Positions 9,921 through 19,837 of a DNA stretch of 64,000 nucleotides are shown one piece after another. How positions within the stretch are numbered: position 1 is the stretch's first letter; every line of letters begins with the position of its first letter. Origin of the DNA: Zancudomyces culisetae HAW-14-8 (Eukaryota > Fungi > Kickxellomycota); the NCBI GenBank assembly GCA_052426225.1, contig JBNJNM010000006.1, positions 992,001 to 1,056,000 of the forward strand. Reading direction: 5' to 3'. The position numbers and the translations under genes are program-made. Under the pieces are notes generated by a model. That model was not told the DNA's origin. It did not search any database and worked only from the letters and a program-made list of their open reading frames with translations.

Positions 9921-12900
9921 TGGCGTCAGCGACAGGATCATTTTCTAATAATGATCTCATGGATGGAAACCAGAGCGGCACAAGCACAGATTTAGCCGCG
10001 TCCCCGGCTATGTATTTTTCACCACAAAGTACCAACAATGAAAATACACCACCTAGCCCTACTACAGCTCAAGTAGCTAGAAGATTGTTTGTTAATGGAG
10101 TGAATAAAATCAAAGAATACGCACCAAAAACAATTGAAATTTTTAATTTTGATACTGGTAATGGTAAACAAAAAGAGAAACCCGAAGCTAGCACAAGCAA
10201 GACCAAATTAAGACAACAAGTAATAGGGAACAAATCTATTAAGGAAGTATTAGAATCAAACGTAAAAGCTACCCAGGAACGTATGAAACGCGGACAGAAC
10301 GACAATACACCAGGATGGTTACCAGTCCCACCACCAATATTTACTAACGCATGGGACCAAGATCCAGAAGAGTTCTTGAACCTTTTTTGTAAACATGTGA
10401 ATGCATTAGAACAAATATTGACCCTGGAGGAAACATATCTTTACCTGGAAACTTTTATAGATGGTTCAATAAAGAAAACATTAACGGATTTGATGGTAAT
10501 TCAAGAGGATTGGACTGAATACTGTACCCTATTTATATCGACATGTAACAAGTATAGAGATACAACGGAGGCAAGAAAGCAGTTCGAGAAGTACAATTTA
10601 TATAACAATAACCCAATTACCACATTCGCAGACCTAAAAAGACTATTTAAAAATATGCAAGTAAACGATGAAACCAAAATGGCTGAAGAAGTATTTAAAA
10701 AGTTAAACCCCACGGATAAGCAACACGTACGAAACCTCGCAGGTGGGATAACAATGAAATCAATGCTAGCATATATGATACAACGGGAGGAGGATATAAT
10801 TGAGACAAAAAAATCACAAGCAATAAGAATAATAAACAATACAAAATACGTAAATAACATTAATAAAAACTACAAAACATATAACAACAAAAACATTTCA
10901 ACTACTAATACTAATAATAACTATAAGAATAACACTAAATATAACAATTCCATTACTTCAAAAACCAATCAATATAAAGTAAAAGAAAACGTAAACGTAA
11001 ATAGTAGAACTATGTATGAGACCCCATCAAGGAATAGCAGATATCAAACCAAAGATAATAGTAACGTTAGGTGCTACAAGTGTCGGAAAAATGGACACTA
11101 TGCGAGTAATTGTCCCACAGAAATCGAGGACATAGAAATGAAGACTGCATCACCTATAAAAAACTCAGCCAACAATAGCCAGAATAAAGAAGTCAATCTC
11201 GTAGAGTTAGGAAAACAAACACCAAATACAGTATTATGCCAAAAAGAGATGAGTAGGAATATAAAAGCAATAATGGGATTAGTGACTATTAATGGGAAGC
11301 AAACCATGTTTCAGTACGATTCAGGAGCAGCAACCAACTTAATGAGCTGTGCAATGGCAAGGACATTAGACTTAGGGGATGGACAAGCGACAGAAGTTAC
11401 AATTTTAGGCGTTGGAGGAAAGGAATCCATACCGGTATATTATCCTTCTGTCAAGTTAGATTTCGGTACTTTCGCAATAAAAGCACCATTCTACACAATC
11501 AAAGAAGGAAAAAGGGACTTGTTATTACTTGGAATTGATCTGTTTGCTTGCTTAAAAGCAGAAATAAGTTTTACGCATAATGCAATAACCTGTGATGTAG
11601 GAGGTAAACTACACCAGATACCAATGGTACTACGCTGCGTAGACAATACGAACGAACATTCAGACAGCAAAATAATTGAAATAAATACCGTAAACACAAA
11701 AAACGGCGTCATAAATCCGGAGTTGATAGATATACATAAGGATCAACTTACTAAGCTGCTAACACTGAACCGAGACAGATTTGCCAGTAACTTAGAAGAC
11801 TTCCAGGGTGCCGAAGTAAACCCCGTAAAGATGATACTTAAGGACGTAAATCCCATCAAATGCAAACCGTATAGATTGGCTAAGAGACTACAGGAAGAAA
11901 TAATGGAGCAAATTAAAGAAATGATAACGCAAGGAGTAATTGTGAAGTCCAGTAGCCCCTATTGTTTCCCTATGGTAGTAGTTAACAAAAAAGATGGCAA
12001 GAAAAGAATATGTGTCGACTATAGGAAACTAAACGAGGTAACCAAAACTGATGCCTATCCTATACCAAACATAGACGAAATATTAAGTAACTTACAAGGT
12101 TCAAAGTATTTTACGACTCTGGATGCGCTGAGTGGGTATTGGCAAATACCCCTCGACAAAACAACCCAAGAAATGACAGCGTTTACACCTGGGCCCGGAC
12201 TCGGGTTATACCAATTTACTGTCTTACCATTTGGGCTAACCAACGCCCCAGCAATCTTTCAGAGAGTAATGGAAGAAGTATTAAAAGAAGAATTATATAG
12301 GTGTACAATGGTTTATATAGATGATATAATCATTTATTCAAAAACATTTGAGGATCATATACAAGACGTACGTAGGATAATTGAACTGCTAAGAACCAAA
12401 AACATTAAGTTACACGCAGACAAGTGTAGACTAGCTTATACAGAGGTAAAATATCTGGGTCATATCATATCTGCGACTGGGATAAAACCAGACACAGAAA
12501 ACGTAGAAAAGATCAAAAATATGACTCCGCCGAAAGATGTAGATAGTATTAGAAGTTATCTAGGGCTGGTAGGATACTACCGCAAATTTATAAAAAACTT
12601 CTCTACCATTGCTAAACCATTGACTACGTTAACAAAGAAAGATGTACCATATGAATGGGGTGTGGACCAACAAAAGGCATATGATTTTCTTCAAAAACAA
12701 CTAACAAGTCAACCAATATTAAACCACCCAAACTGGGATTGGGATTTCACAGTGATTACGGATGCCTCTAAATCGGGAGTGGGTGCCATACTAGCGCAAG
12801 GAAAAGAAGGTAGAGAACGAATTGTATGTTATGCGAGCAGGACACTAACACCTGCCGAAAGCAACTATAGTATTACGCATCTGGAGGGCCTAGCGGTGGT

Positions 12901-14461
12901 TTGGGGATTAACCCACTTTCACTACTATCTTTATGGACGAACATTTACAGTTATTACGGATCATAGTGCTTTAGTAGAACTATTTAAAAAAGAACCAGCG
13001 AAAGGAAGAATCGGGAGATGGATATTAAAGTTAAGACATTATAACTTTAAGGTAATACACAGAGAGGGAAAAAGTAACCCTGCAGACTACTTGAGCAGGT
13101 TTCCGTGGGAAGACATCCCAGAGCAAGTGGAAGAAGTGTTATACATTTCGTTAAAGGGATACGAAGAGCTAAAAGAAAGAGTAAGAAATAAAGATACTGC
13201 GGCGAACAATGATAACTTACTAGCAAAACTATCAGTGATAGAAAATGACATCATACACACCGATCGTACCAAAAGGAAATACCTACATCCAAATGAATTG
13301 TATGAAACTATTTACCGGATCCACTATGAACAACATAGAAGTAAAAGTGCCACAAACAAATACTTAACAGAGCATTATTATGCACCAGGGAGTTTCAATG
13401 TGGTAAAACTAATAGTTGAAAGGTGTGAAGTCTGCCAAAGAACAAACTACATACAAAGAAAAGCTGAGAATCTACACCCAATCATACCAAGTGAACCGTT
13501 TAGAGTATGGGGGTTAGACGTAGCTGGACCAATTGCACCTATAAGTGAACCAGAAGGAAATAAGTATATAGTTATGGCAATTGACTATTTCACAAAGTGG
13601 CCAGTGGCCCTAGCAGTAAAATCAATCAACGCAGAAGTGATTTGCAATTTTATTACAGAAATGATAATAGCAAACTTTGGAGTCCCACAAATATTAATAA
13701 CCGATCGTGGGTCTCATCTAAGTAACGAGGCATGCGCAAGGTTCAACGAATATTTAGGAATCGAGCAAAAACAGGTTACTGCATACAGACCGTCGGCAAA
13801 CGGTCAAATTGAGAGATCAATACAGACACTAAAACAATTGCTAATAAAACAGACCATAAGTAGACCCAAATCGTGGGATGCATATATATGGAGAGTATTG
13901 CTAACTATGAGAACCACACCACACCGTACCTTGGGACGATCCCCTGCAGAAATAGTTTACGGACTAAAATTACTTACACCGGAGGTATGGAACAGTTACT
14001 TACCACAAGATATTGAAAAAGAAATGGCAATGCGAAATCGTTTAGAATATTTGGAAAATAAAATGCCTACATATCGCAGATTGTTAATTGAGTTGGCGAA
14101 AAAGCAAAAAATTTACGATGAGGACAGGTATAACAAAGGAGTTAGACCCAGAAAATTACAAGTTGGAGAAAAGGTTCTAAAAGCAACCACCACACAAAAC
14201 CCATTTACAATGCATAGAAACGTGGGGCCTTTTGAAATAACAGCAATACTGGAAAACGGAGTTTATGAGATAAAGGACAGACAAGGACACGTCGATAAAG
14301 TTCACGTGGATAGGTTAAGAAAATACTATCCCGAGTATTCAATAATACCGGATTTATATACAGGTAGTGCTAGAACAACTGGAGCACAAGCCGACAAACA
14401 ACCACGTAACACAGAATCGATCGAGGACGATCAAGATTCAAGGGGGGGAATGTCGCAATAA
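9572..14461 (+). CDS. Single-frame Gag-Pol polyprotein of element C (1629 aa)
   Basis: CYKCRKNGHYASNC, YDSGAA, YIDD, TDASK, HHCC, DDE integrase and GPF module; no chromodomain seen. Starts in the 5' LTR and stops in the 3' LTR. Confidence 0.97.
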   Translation: MNYFFYTKSKSKRDSETSSSLSTASSMDQETGVLSPRTLGELTESVRQLQIRRSPEPMSVSSISPTLYRGNSSPEHPIMHITLRGSGASSSSGHTRTGMTHDELNNHGYTNYDYYDMASATGSFSNNDLMDGNQSGTSTDLAASPAMYFSPQSTNNENTPPSPTTAQVARRLFVNGVNKIKEYAPKTIEIFNFDTGNGKQKEKPEASTSKTKLRQQVIGNKSIKEVLESNVKATQERMKRGQNDNTPGWLPVPPPIFTNAWDQDPEEFLNLFCKHVNALEQILTLEETYLYLETFIDGSIKKTLTDLMVIQEDWTEYCTLFISTCNKYRDTTEARKQFEKYNLYNNNPITTFADLKRLFKNMQVNDETKMAEEVFKKLNPTDKQHVRNLAGGITMKSMLAYMIQREEDIIETKKSQAIRIINNTKYVNNINKNYKTYNNKNISTTNTNNNYKNNTKYNNSITSKTNQYKVKENVNVNSRTMYETPSRNSRYQTKDNSNVRCYKCRKNGHYASNCPTEIEDIEMKTASPIKNSANNSQNKEVNLVELGKQTPNTVLCQKEMSRNIKAIMGLVTINGKQTMFQYDSGAATNLMSCAMARTLDLGDGQATEVTILGVGGKESIPVYYPSVKLDFGTFAIKAPFYTIKEGKRDLLLLGIDLFACLKAEISFTHNAITCDVGGKLHQIPMVLRCVDNTNEHSDSKIIEINTVNTKNGVINPELIDIHKDQLTKLLTLNRDRFASNLEDFQGAEVNPVKMILKDVNPIKCKPYRLAKRLQEEIMEQIKEMITQGVIVKSSSPYCFPMVVVNKKDGKKRICVDYRKLNEVTKTDAYPIPNIDEILSNLQGSKYFTTLDALSGYWQIPLDKTTQEMTAFTPGPGLGLYQFTVLPFGLTNAPAIFQRVMEEVLKEELYRCTMVYIDDIIIYSKTFEDHIQDVRRIIELLRTKNIKLHADKCRLAYTEVKYLGHIISATGIKPDTENVEKIKNMTPPKDVDSIRSYLGLVGYYRKFIKNFSTIAKPLTTLTKKDVPYEWGVDQQKAYDFLQKQLTSQPILNHPNWDWDFTVITDASKSGVGAILAQGKEGRERIVCYASRTLTPAESNYSITHLEGLAVVWGLTHFHYYLYGRTFTVITDHSALVELFKKEPAKGRIGRWILKLRHYNFKVIHREGKSNPADYLSRFPWEDIPEQVEEVLYISLKGYEELKERVRNKDTAANNDNLLAKLSVIENDIIHTDRTKRKYLHPNELYETIYRIHYEQHRSKSATNKYLTEHYYAPGSFNVVKLIVERCEVCQRTNYIQRKAENLHPIIPSEPFRVWGLDVAGPIAPISEPEGNKYIVMAIDYFTKWPVALAVKSINAEVICNFITEMIIANFGVPQILITDRGSHLSNEACARFNEYLGIEQKQVTAYRPSANGQIERSIQTLKQLLIKQTISRPKSWDAYIWRVLLTMRTTPHRTLGRSPAEIVYGLKLLTPEVWNSYLPQDIEKEMAMRNRLEYLENKMPTYRRLLIELAKKQKIYDEDRYNKGVRPRKLQVGEKVLKATTTQNPFTMHRNVGPFEITAILENGVYEIKDRQGHVDKVHVDRLRKYYPEYSIIPDLYTGSARTTGAQADKQPRNTESIEDDQDSRGGMSQ
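9921..9938 (+). promoter_or_regulatory. Primer-binding site of element C
   Basis: TGGCGTCAGCGACAGGAT directly after the LTR. Confidence 0.88.
14440..14450 (+). promoter_or_regulatory. Polypurine tract of element C (AAGGGGGGGAA)
   Basis: Abuts LTR2; same motif at 19816-19826 for D. Confidence 0.9.
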
Positions 14462-15296
14462 GCCGAATTGTAATGCAAATCCGAATAGTGTACAAGAAAT
14501 TTTGTTGTACACTCATTGCGGAATGCCAATTTTTATAATTTTTATTGTCGTTGAAATTTTTGTTCAAATTAATTTCGACTCAGCATGAAATAAATTCTAC
14601 ATGCTGAGTCCATTCAATAATGATGATTCTAGTACGAAATATGTTTTCATACTGAACATCAAATAATTTTAATGATTATGTGTTCCCACACATAATCTTA
14701 ATTGCACGTATGCTGCAATTATGAAACAAAACTATTAGTATACTTAACAGCAAAATAATAGTGTATAGTTAATTTATTATATTGAAAAACGAGGTTAACA
14801 TTTAAGTTTTTAATCATATATATAATTGATAGAGTAGTCTATTAGGTAACTTTATCCATGTCCTACTTTACGGATTAAATAGTATAGTTAATAAACTCAA
14901 TAAAACAAACTTTGAAAGTATATACATATAATAAATAACCAAACATCATGAACTATTTCTTTTATACCAAGAGTAAATCCAAGAGGGATTCAGAAACTAG
15001 CTCCAGCCTGAGCACGGCTAGTAGCATGGACCAAGAGACTGGGGTTTTAAGTCCTCGGACTCTTGGGGAGTTGACAGAAAGTGTCCGTCAACTCCAAATC
15101 CGTAGGAGCCCAGAACCAATGTCCGTGAGCAGTATCTCACCGACATTGTATAGGGGAAACAGCTCACCCGAGCACCCTATTATGCACATCACACTACGGG
15201 GTAGTGGTGCATCTTCATCAAGTGGTCATACCCGAACTGGTATGACACATGATGAACTTAATAATCATGGTTACACGAATTATGATTATTACGACA
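14451..15296 (+). repeat. LTR2, shared: 3' LTR of C and 5' LTR of D
   Basis: Preceded by a PPT and followed by a PBS (15297-15314). Confidence 0.96.
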
Positions 15297-18200
15297 TGGC
15301 GTCAGCGACAGGATCATTTTCTAATAATGATCTCATGGATGGAAACCAGAGCGGCACAAGCACAGATTTAGCCGCGTCCCCGGCTATGTATTTTTCACCA
15401 CAAAGTACCAACAATGAAAATACACCACCTAGCCCTACTACAGCTCAAGTAGCTAGAAGATTGTTTGTTAATGGAGTGAATAAAATCAAAGAATACGCAC
15501 CAAAAACAATTGAAATTTTTAATTTTGATACTGGTAATGGTAAACAAAAAGAGAAACCCGAAGCTAGCACAAGCAAGACCAAATTAAGACAACAAGTAAT
15601 AGGGAACAAATCTATTAAGGAAGTATTAGAATCAAACGTAAAAGCTACCCAGGAACGTATGAAACGCGGACAGAACGACAATACACCAGGATGGTTACCA
15701 GTCCCACCACCAATATTTACTAACGCATGGGACCAAGATCCAGAAGAGTTCTTGAACCTTTTTTGTAAACATGTGAATGCATTAGAACAAATATTGACCC
15801 TGGAGGAAACATATCTTTACCTGGAAACTTTTATAGATGGTTCAATAAAGAAAACATTAACGGATTTGATGGTAATTCAAGAGGATTGGACTGAATACTG
15901 TACCCTATTTATATCGACATGTAACAAGTATAGAGATACAACGGAGGCAAGAAAGCAGTTCGAGAAGTACAATTTATATAACAATAACCCAATTACCACA
16001 TTCGCAGACCTAAAAAGACTATTTAAAAATATGCAAGTAAACGATGAAACCAAAATGGCTGAAGAAGTATTTAAAAAGTTAAACCCCACGGATAAGCAAC
16101 ACGTACGAAACCTCGCAGGTGGGATAACAATGAAATCAATGCTAGCATATATGATACAACGGGAGGAGGATATAATTGAGACAAAAAAATCACAAGCAAT
16201 AAGAATAATAAACAATACAAAATACGTAAATAACATTAATAAAAACTACAAAACATATAACAACAAAAACATTTCAACTACTAATACTAATAATAACTAT
16301 AAGAATAACACTAAATATAACAATTCCATTACTTCAAAAACCAATCAATATAAAGTAAAAGAAAACGTAAACGTAAATAGTAGAACTATGTATGAGACCC
16401 CATCAAGGAATAGCAGATATCAAACCAAAGATAATAGTAACGTTAGGTGCTACAAGTGTCGGAAAAATGGACACTATGCGAGTAATTGTCCCACAGAAAT
16501 CGAGGACATAGAAATGAAGACTGCATCACCTATAAAAAACTCAGCCAACAATAGCCAGAATAAAGAAGTCAATCTCGTAGAGTTAGGAAAACAAACACCA
16601 AATACAGTATTATGCCAAAAAGAGATGAGTAGGAATATAAAAGCAATAATGGGATTAGTGACTATTAATGGGAAGCAAACCATGTTTCAGTACGATTCAG
16701 GAGCAGCAACCAACTTAATGAGCTGTGCAATGGCAAGGACATTAGACTTAGGGGATGGACAAGCGACAGAAGTTACAATTTTAGGCGTTGGAGGAAAGGA
16801 ATCCATACCGGTATATTATCCTTCTGTCAAGTTAGATTTCGGTACTTTCGCAATAAAAGCACCATTCTACACAATCAAAGAAGGAAAAAGGGACTTGTTA
16901 TTACTTGGAATTGATCTGTTTGCTTGCTTAAAAGCAGAAATAAGTTTTACGCATAATGCAATAACCTGTGATGTAGGAGGTAAACTACACCAGATACCAA
17001 TGGTACTACGCTGCGTAGACAATACGAACGAACATTCAGACAGCAAAATAATTGAAATAAATACCGTAAACACAAAAAACGGCGTCATAAATCCGGAGTT
17101 GATAGATATACATAAGGATCAACTTACTAAGCTGCTAACACTGAACCGAGACAGATTTGCCAGTAACTTAGAAGACTTCCAGGGTGCCGAAGTAAACCCC
17201 GTAAAGATGATACTTAAGGACGTAAATCCCATCAAATGCAAACCGTATAGATTGGCTAAGAGACTACAGGAAGAAATAATGGAGCAAATTAAAGAAATGA
17301 TAACGCAAGGAGTAATTGTGAAGTCCAGTAGCCCCTATTGTTTCCCTATGGTAGTAGTTAACAAAAAAGATGGCAAGAAAAGAATATGTGTCGACTATAG
17401 GAAACTAAACGAGGTAACCAAAACTGATGCCTATCCTATACCAAACATAGACGAAATATTAAGTAACTTACAAGGTTCAAAGTATTTTACGACTCTGGAT
17501 GCGCTGAGTGGGTATTGGCAAATACCCCTCGACAAAACAACCCAAGAAATGACAGCGTTTACACCTGGGCCCGGACTCGGGTTATACCAATTTACTGTCT
17601 TACCATTTGGGCTAACCAACGCCCCAGCAATCTTTCAGAGAGTAATGGAAGAAGTATTAAAAGAAGAATTATATAGGTGTACAATGGTTTATATAGATGA
17701 TATAATCATTTATTCAAAAACATTTGAGGATCATATACAAGACGTACGTAGGATAATTGAACTGCTAAGAACCAAAAACATTAAGTTACACGCAGACAAG
17801 TGTAGACTAGCTTATACAGAGGTAAAATATCTGGGTCATATCATATCTGCGACTGGGATAAAACCAGACACAGAAAACGTAGAAAAGATCAAAAATATGA
17901 CTCCGCCGAAAGATGTAGATAGTATTAGAAGTTATCTAGGGCTGGTAGGATACTACCGCAAATTTATAAAAAACTTCTCTACCATTGCTAAACCATTGAC
18001 TACGTTAACAAAGAAAGATGTACCATATGAATGGGGTGTGGACCAACAAAAGGCATATGATTTTCTTCAAAAACAACTAACAAGTCAACCAATATTAAAC
18101 CACCCAAACTGGGATTGGGATTTCACAGTGATTACGGATGCCTCTAAATCGGGAGTGGGTGCCATACTAGCGCAAGGAAAAGAAGGTAGAGAACGAATTG

Positions 18201-19837
18201 TATGTTATGCGAGCAGGACACTAACACCTGCCGAAAGCAACTATAGTATTACGCATCTGGAGGGCCTAGCGGTGGTTTGGGGATTAACCCACTTTCACTA
18301 CTATCTTTATGGACGAACATTTACAGTTATTACGGATCATAGTGCTTTAGTAGAACTATTTAAAAAAGAACCAGCGAAAGGAAGAATCGGGAGATGGATA
18401 TTAAAGTTAAGACATTATAACTTTAAGGTAATACACAGAGAGGGAAAAAGTAACCCTGCAGACTACTTGAGCAGGTTTCCGTGGGAAGACATCCCAGAGC
18501 AAGTGGAAGAAGTGTTATACATTTCGTTAAAGGGATACGAAGAGCTAAAAGAAAGAGTAAGAAATAAAGATACTGCGGCGAACAATGATAACTTACTAGC
18601 AAAACTATCAGTGATAGAAAATGACATCATACACACCGATCGTACCAAAAGGAAATACCTACATCCAAATGAATTGTATGAAACTATTTACCGGATCCAC
18701 TATGAACAACATAGAAGTAAAAGTGCCACAAACAAATACTTAACAGAGCATTATTATGCACCAGGGAGTTTCAATGTGGTAAAACTAATAGTTGAAAGGT
18801 GTGAAGTCTGCCAAAGAACAAACTACATACAAAGAAAAGCTGAGAATCTACACCCAATCATACCAAGTGAACCGTTTAGAGTATGGGGGTTAGACGTAGC
18901 TGGACCAATTGCACCTATAAGTGAACCAGAAGGAAATAAGTATATAGTTATGGCAATTGACTATTTCACAAAGTGGCCAGTGGCCCTAGCAGTAAAATCA
19001 ATCAACGCAGAAGTGATTTGCAATTTTATTACAGAAATGATAATAGCAAACTTTGGAGTCCCACAAATATTAATAACCGATCGTGGGTCTCATCTAAGTA
19101 ACGAGGCATGCGCAAGGTTCAACGAATATTTAGGAATCGAGCAAAAACAGGTTACTGCATACAGACCGTCGGCAAACGGTCAAATTGAGAGATCAATACA
19201 GACACTAAAACAATTGCTAATAAAACAGACCATAAGTAGACCCAAATCGTGGGATGCATATATATGGAGAGTATTGCTAACTATGAGAACCACACCACAC
19301 CGTACCTTGGGACGATCCCCTGCAGAAATAGTTTACGGACTAAAATTACTTACACCGGAGGTATGGAACAGTTACTTACCACAAGATATTGAAAAAGAAA
19401 TGGCAATGCGAAATCGTTTAGAATATTTGGAAAATAAAATGCCTACATATCGCAGATTGGTAATTGAGTTGGCGAAAAAGCAAAAAATTTACGATGAGGA
19501 CAGGTATAACAAAGGAGTTAGACCCAGAAAATTACAAGTTGGAGAAAAGGTTCTAAAAGCAACCACCACACAAAACCCATTTACAATGCATAGAAACGTG
19601 GGGCCTTTTGAAATAACAGCAATACTGGAAAACGGAGTTTATGAGATAAAGGACAGACAAGGACACGTCGATAAAGTTCACGTGGATAGGTTAAGAAAAT
19701 ACTATCCCGAGTATTCAATAATACCGGATTTATATACAGGTAGTGCTAGAACAACTGGAGCACAAGCCGACAAACAACCACGTAACACAGAATCGATCGA
19801 GGACGATCAAGATTCAAGGGGGGGAATGTCGCAATAA
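14948..19837 (+). CDS. Single-frame Gag-Pol polyprotein of element D (1629 aa)
   Basis: Same as the C protein except RRLLIE vs RRLVIE (T14084 vs G19460). Confidence 0.97.
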   Translation: MNYFFYTKSKSKRDSETSSSLSTASSMDQETGVLSPRTLGELTESVRQLQIRRSPEPMSVSSISPTLYRGNSSPEHPIMHITLRGSGASSSSGHTRTGMTHDELNNHGYTNYDYYDMASATGSFSNNDLMDGNQSGTSTDLAASPAMYFSPQSTNNENTPPSPTTAQVARRLFVNGVNKIKEYAPKTIEIFNFDTGNGKQKEKPEASTSKTKLRQQVIGNKSIKEVLESNVKATQERMKRGQNDNTPGWLPVPPPIFTNAWDQDPEEFLNLFCKHVNALEQILTLEETYLYLETFIDGSIKKTLTDLMVIQEDWTEYCTLFISTCNKYRDTTEARKQFEKYNLYNNNPITTFADLKRLFKNMQVNDETKMAEEVFKKLNPTDKQHVRNLAGGITMKSMLAYMIQREEDIIETKKSQAIRIINNTKYVNNINKNYKTYNNKNISTTNTNNNYKNNTKYNNSITSKTNQYKVKENVNVNSRTMYETPSRNSRYQTKDNSNVRCYKCRKNGHYASNCPTEIEDIEMKTASPIKNSANNSQNKEVNLVELGKQTPNTVLCQKEMSRNIKAIMGLVTINGKQTMFQYDSGAATNLMSCAMARTLDLGDGQATEVTILGVGGKESIPVYYPSVKLDFGTFAIKAPFYTIKEGKRDLLLLGIDLFACLKAEISFTHNAITCDVGGKLHQIPMVLRCVDNTNEHSDSKIIEINTVNTKNGVINPELIDIHKDQLTKLLTLNRDRFASNLEDFQGAEVNPVKMILKDVNPIKCKPYRLAKRLQEEIMEQIKEMITQGVIVKSSSPYCFPMVVVNKKDGKKRICVDYRKLNEVTKTDAYPIPNIDEILSNLQGSKYFTTLDALSGYWQIPLDKTTQEMTAFTPGPGLGLYQFTVLPFGLTNAPAIFQRVMEEVLKEELYRCTMVYIDDIIIYSKTFEDHIQDVRRIIELLRTKNIKLHADKCRLAYTEVKYLGHIISATGIKPDTENVEKIKNMTPPKDVDSIRSYLGLVGYYRKFIKNFSTIAKPLTTLTKKDVPYEWGVDQQKAYDFLQKQLTSQPILNHPNWDWDFTVITDASKSGVGAILAQGKEGRERIVCYASRTLTPAESNYSITHLEGLAVVWGLTHFHYYLYGRTFTVITDHSALVELFKKEPAKGRIGRWILKLRHYNFKVIHREGKSNPADYLSRFPWEDIPEQVEEVLYISLKGYEELKERVRNKDTAANNDNLLAKLSVIENDIIHTDRTKRKYLHPNELYETIYRIHYEQHRSKSATNKYLTEHYYAPGSFNVVKLIVERCEVCQRTNYIQRKAENLHPIIPSEPFRVWGLDVAGPIAPISEPEGNKYIVMAIDYFTKWPVALAVKSINAEVICNFITEMIIANFGVPQILITDRGSHLSNEACARFNEYLGIEQKQVTAYRPSANGQIERSIQTLKQLLIKQTISRPKSWDAYIWRVLLTMRTTPHRTLGRSPAEIVYGLKLLTPEVWNSYLPQDIEKEMAMRNRLEYLENKMPTYRRLVIELAKKQKIYDEDRYNKGVRPRKLQVGEKVLKATTTQNPFTMHRNVGPFEITAILENGVYEIKDRQGHVDKVHVDRLRKYYPEYSIIPDLYTGSARTTGAQADKQPRNTESIEDDQDSRGGMSQ

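Larger units (their letters stand above)
9075..15296 (+). mobile_element. Full-length Ty3/gypsy LTR retrotransposon, family C, copy 1 (C); shares its 3' LTR with D
   Basis: LTR 9075-9920, PBS 9921-9938, single 1629-aa ORF, PPT 14440-14450, LTR 14451-15296. Confidence 0.97.

Noticed and set aside
14150-14461. Chromodomain or env gene in the elements
   Set aside because: No chromodomain-like motif after the GPF module and no room for an additional ORF.
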